Shown here one piece after another: positions 61,746 through 64,000 of a stretch of 64,000 nt of DNA. This DNA comes from Anaerolineae bacterium. GTDB lineage: Bacteria > Chloroflexota > Anaerolineae > SpSt-600. Below the pieces are notes generated by a model. The model saw only the letters and a program-made list of their open reading frames with translations. It was not told the origin of the DNA and did not search any database. The translations under genes and the position numbers were made by a program. The stretch covers positions 50,922-114,921 of the forward strand of contig JANXAG010000001.1 of the NCBI GenBank assembly GCA_025062375.1, written 5' to 3'. How positions within the stretch are numbered: position 1 is the first letter of the stretch; the number at the start of each line of letters is the position of its first letter.

Positions 61746-62492
61746 ATGCTGGGGAAACTGCTGGGGATTGAGTTTCACGAAATCTCAATGGGAGCCGAAA
61801 AGCTCTTCTACTTGGGCCCTTTCCCTGTTACTAACACAATCCTTACTACGTGGATGGTGATGGCATTCCTCATAGCTTTGACTCTGGCGGTGAGAAGGCG
61901 CTTCAGCCTTGTCCCAGGAGCCTTGCAAAGCGTGATGGAAATAGTAATTGAAACCGTCTACAATCTTGTGAGAAGCATAACTGGGGAAAAGGTGGGGCGC
62001 ATTATCTTCCCCCTCATTATGACCCTGTTCCTTTTTATTCTTACAGCTAACTGGTTTGCTCTTCTGCCCGGCTTCGGCACCATAACCTATCACCATGTCC
62101 CCATTTTCCGGCCCCCTAACAGTGACCTCAATACCACTTTAGCTATGGCTCTCATCACCGTCCTGCTGGTTCAGGTGGCTGGAATTGTTTACAGAGGCAT
62201 AAAAGGTTACCTCAAAGAATTCATAACTCCTCCGATCCTCGCTCCTCTCATGGCACCGATTCACATCATCAGCGAGCTTTCTCACATCCTTTCCCTTTCA
62301 GCACGACTTTTCGGAAACATATTCGGTGGCGATGTGGTCCTCACGGTGATTTTCGTGATGTTCCCAGTCCTCATCCCCGCAGCTTTTATGATTTTAGAGT
62401 CCCTTTTCGGCCTGATTCAGGCGGTGATTTTTGCTGTGCTGAGCACAATTTACTTCTCCATGTCTACAGCGGCTCATGAAACAGAGCATTAA
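61746..62492 (+). CDS. atpB: F0F1 ATP synthase subunit a
   Basis: The 'LSLSARLFGNIFGG' region carries the conserved Arg. Confidence 0.95.
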   Translation: MLGKLLGIEFHEISMGAEKLFYLGPFPVTNTILTTWMVMAFLIALTLAVRRRFSLVPGALQSVMEIVIETVYNLVRSITGEKVGRIIFPLIMTLFLFILTANWFALLPGFGTITYHHVPIFRPPNSDLNTTLAMALITVLLVQVAGIVYRGIKGYLKEFITPPILAPLMAPIHIISELSHILSLSARLFGNIFGGDVVLTVIFVMFPVLIPAAFMILESLFGLIQAVIFAVLSTIYFSMSTAAHETEH

Positions 62493-62513
62493 ACTTGAAA
62501 GGAGGAGGTAAAA

Positions 62514-62750
62514 ATGGACCCTAAAGTTGCAGCTAATCTTGGAGCTGCCTTCGCTATGGGGATAGGCTCTATAGGCCCTGGCTTTGGCATAGGAATGGGG
62601 GTAAGTAAAGCTATGGAAGCGATAGGGCGTAACCCCGAAGCCGCCGATAAACTCTTCACCCCTATGATTGTAGGGCTTGGCCTTGCCGAAGCCGTTGCCA
62701 TATACTGCCTTGTAATAGCCCTTACTTTGATTTTCGTCGGCGGAGGATAA
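62514..62750 (+). CDS. atpE: F0F1 ATP synthase subunit c
   Basis: A 78-aa hairpin with 'GIGSIGPGFGIG' and the 'LGLAEAVAIY' carboxylate Glu. Confidence 0.95.
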   Translation: MDPKVAANLGAAFAMGIGSIGPGFGIGMGVSKAMEAIGRNPEAADKLFTPMIVGLGLAEAVAIYCLVIALTLIFVGGG

Positions 62751-62753
62751 AGG

Positions 62754-63248
62754 ATGGAAAAGCTTGGGGTAAACCTTCCTGGCCTCGTCCTGCAGGCGAT
62801 AAATTTCTTGCTGTTGCTCTTTATTCTCCAGAGGTTTCTCTACAGGCCAATTTTAAATGCAATAAAAACCCGGCAGGAGAGAATCCAGAGGGGGCTTGAA
62901 GAGGCAGAGAAGGCCTCGCGACGTTTAGCTGAGGCGGAAGCCGAAGCTGAGCGTATCCTGGCGGAGGCAAGGGCTAAAGCTCAGGAAATTCTTGCCCAGG
63001 CTTCTTACGAGGGAAACAGGCTAAAGGAAGAGATAGTGGCCCAGGCCAGAGCAGAGGCCAGTCGTATACTGGAAAGGGCCAGACTGGAAGCAGAAAGAGA
63101 AAAGGCCATTGCTATGGCTGAAATTCGCCACCAGGCTATAGATCTGGCTATTCTCACCGCTCGCAAGATTGTGGGTCAGGCTCTGGATGAAAAGGCCCAG
63201 CATCGGATCATAAGCGATTTCCTTTCCACCCTTGAGCAGGCTGATTAG
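62754..63248 (+). CDS. atpF: F0F1 ATP synthase subunit b
   Basis: An N-terminal TM helix is followed by a long charged helix. Confidence 0.9.
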   Translation: MEKLGVNLPGLVLQAINFLLLLFILQRFLYRPILNAIKTRQERIQRGLEEAEKASRRLAEAEAEAERILAEARAKAQEILAQASYEGNRLKEEIVAQARAEASRILERARLEAEREKAIAMAEIRHQAIDLAILTARKIVGQALDEKAQHRIISDFLSTLEQAD

Positions 63249-63265
63249 CTTCGGGAGGAGGAAAG

Positions 63266-63802
63266 TTGGAGAAAATCTTTCAGAGAAGGGAGAAAGCCGA
63301 CCTCTACGCTAAGGCTTTCTACGAGGCAGCTCTGGAAGGATGGATTAAGAAGCTGGCCCGAGTGTGGGGAGATATTGCCCAGAACGGCCTTTTGGAAAAG
63401 CTGGATGCCCCCCACATTCCCTTTCAGGAGAAGCAGGAGCTTATAAACAAGCTGGTGGGGGATGAAACACCGCCCGAAATCCGCAACTTTATCTCACTCC
63501 TAGCCTCTAAAGGCCATCTCCATTACCTTCCGGATATTCTGGACGAACTGGGTAGATTGTCCAGAGGAGGCGCCGCCCGCCGGGTGGTTAATATCACTAC
63601 GGCAGTGCCCCTTACTGAGGATGAAAAAATGGCTCTCCAGGCTCGCTTGATGGCTCGCTTCGGTTCCGACCTGGATTTCCGCTATAATGTTGACCCTGAA
63701 ATTCTGGGGGGAGTTATCGTAAAAATTGGGGATACGGTTATAGATGGAAGCATTGCCGGAAGGCTTGAAAGTTTGAGGGAAAGGTTGAAGCGGGAAATAT
63801 AA
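63266..63802 (+). CDS. atpH: F0F1 ATP synthase subunit delta (OSCP)
   Basis: OSCP-family pattern 'LYAKAFYEAA ... GGVIVKIGDTVIDGSIAGRL'. Confidence 0.9.
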   Translation: MEKIFQRREKADLYAKAFYEAALEGWIKKLARVWGDIAQNGLLEKLDAPHIPFQEKQELINKLVGDETPPEIRNFISLLASKGHLHYLPDILDELGRLSRGGAARRVVNITTAVPLTEDEKMALQARLMARFGSDLDFRYNVDPEILGGVIVKIGDTVIDGSIAGRLESLRERLKREI

Positions 63803-63815
63803 GGGGAGGAGGGAC

Positions 63816-64000
63816 ATGGCCCTAAGGGTTGTGGATGTAGCTCAGGAGATTAAGAAGCAGATAGAGGCCTTTGAAGCCCCTATAGAAGCCGTTGAAGTCG
63901 GAACAGTCATAGAAGTAGGGGACGGTGTGGCGCGGGTCAGGGGATTGAGCGGAGTGATGGCCTCGGAACTGGTGGAGTTCCCCCGAGGATTGTATGGTAT
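63816..64000 (+). CDS. atpA: F0F1 ATP synthase subunit alpha, 5' fragment (runs off window)
   Basis: The N-terminal beta-barrel has 'EVGTVIEVGDGVARVRGL', and a GGGGAGGAGGG RBS precedes it. Confidence 0.85.
   Translation, partial: MALRVVDVAQEIKKQIEAFEAPIEAVEVGTVIEVGDGVARVRGLSGVMASELVEFPRGLYG

Overview
This is a densely coding 64-kb bacterial chromosomal window with about 65 protein genes. Short overlaps or small gaps between same-strand genes point to many operons. GGAGG-type ribosome-binding sites are frequent, and several sigma70 promoters match the consensus closely. The proteins are rich in Glu, Lys, Arg and Leu, which suggests a thermophile, but I cannot assign a phylum from this sequence. 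I found no rRNA, tRNA, CRISPR array, transposase or integrase. The housekeeping backbone is nusA-ylxR-infB-rbfA-nrnA-truB-ribF on the plus strand, together with plsY, queA, eno, xpt, miaB, def, comEA-comEC, gyrB and the 5' part of an F-type ATP synthase operon (atpZ-atpI-atpB-atpE-atpF-atpH-atpA'). The accessory content is where the interest lies. (1) RibF is fused in frame to a complete archease domain. (2) Two cobalamin-type radical SAM operons have unusual partners: rSAM-MFS-ureohydrolase, and hypothetical-rSAM-SucD-YqeB-like-enolase. (3) A ProRS-like protein with degenerate class II catalytic motifs but retained editing and anticodon-binding domain signatures is encoded directly after glycosyltransferases. 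(4) A lipoylation-type operon combines a non-canonical lipoyl-synthase-like radical SAM, an LplA/LipM-family ligase, a TolB-like lipoprotein and DUF503. (5) An archaeal-type PEP carboxylase sits where rimP normally precedes nusA. (6) Three glycan-biosynthesis islands include paralogous GT2 genes, an orphan Wzm permease and a GH-A hydrolase with LGFP repeats. (7) A peptide deformylase operon continues into an ADP-ribosylglycohydrolase, two cupins and a nitrilase-superfamily hydrolase. All calls come from reading the sequence and from recalled family signatures. No database search was run.
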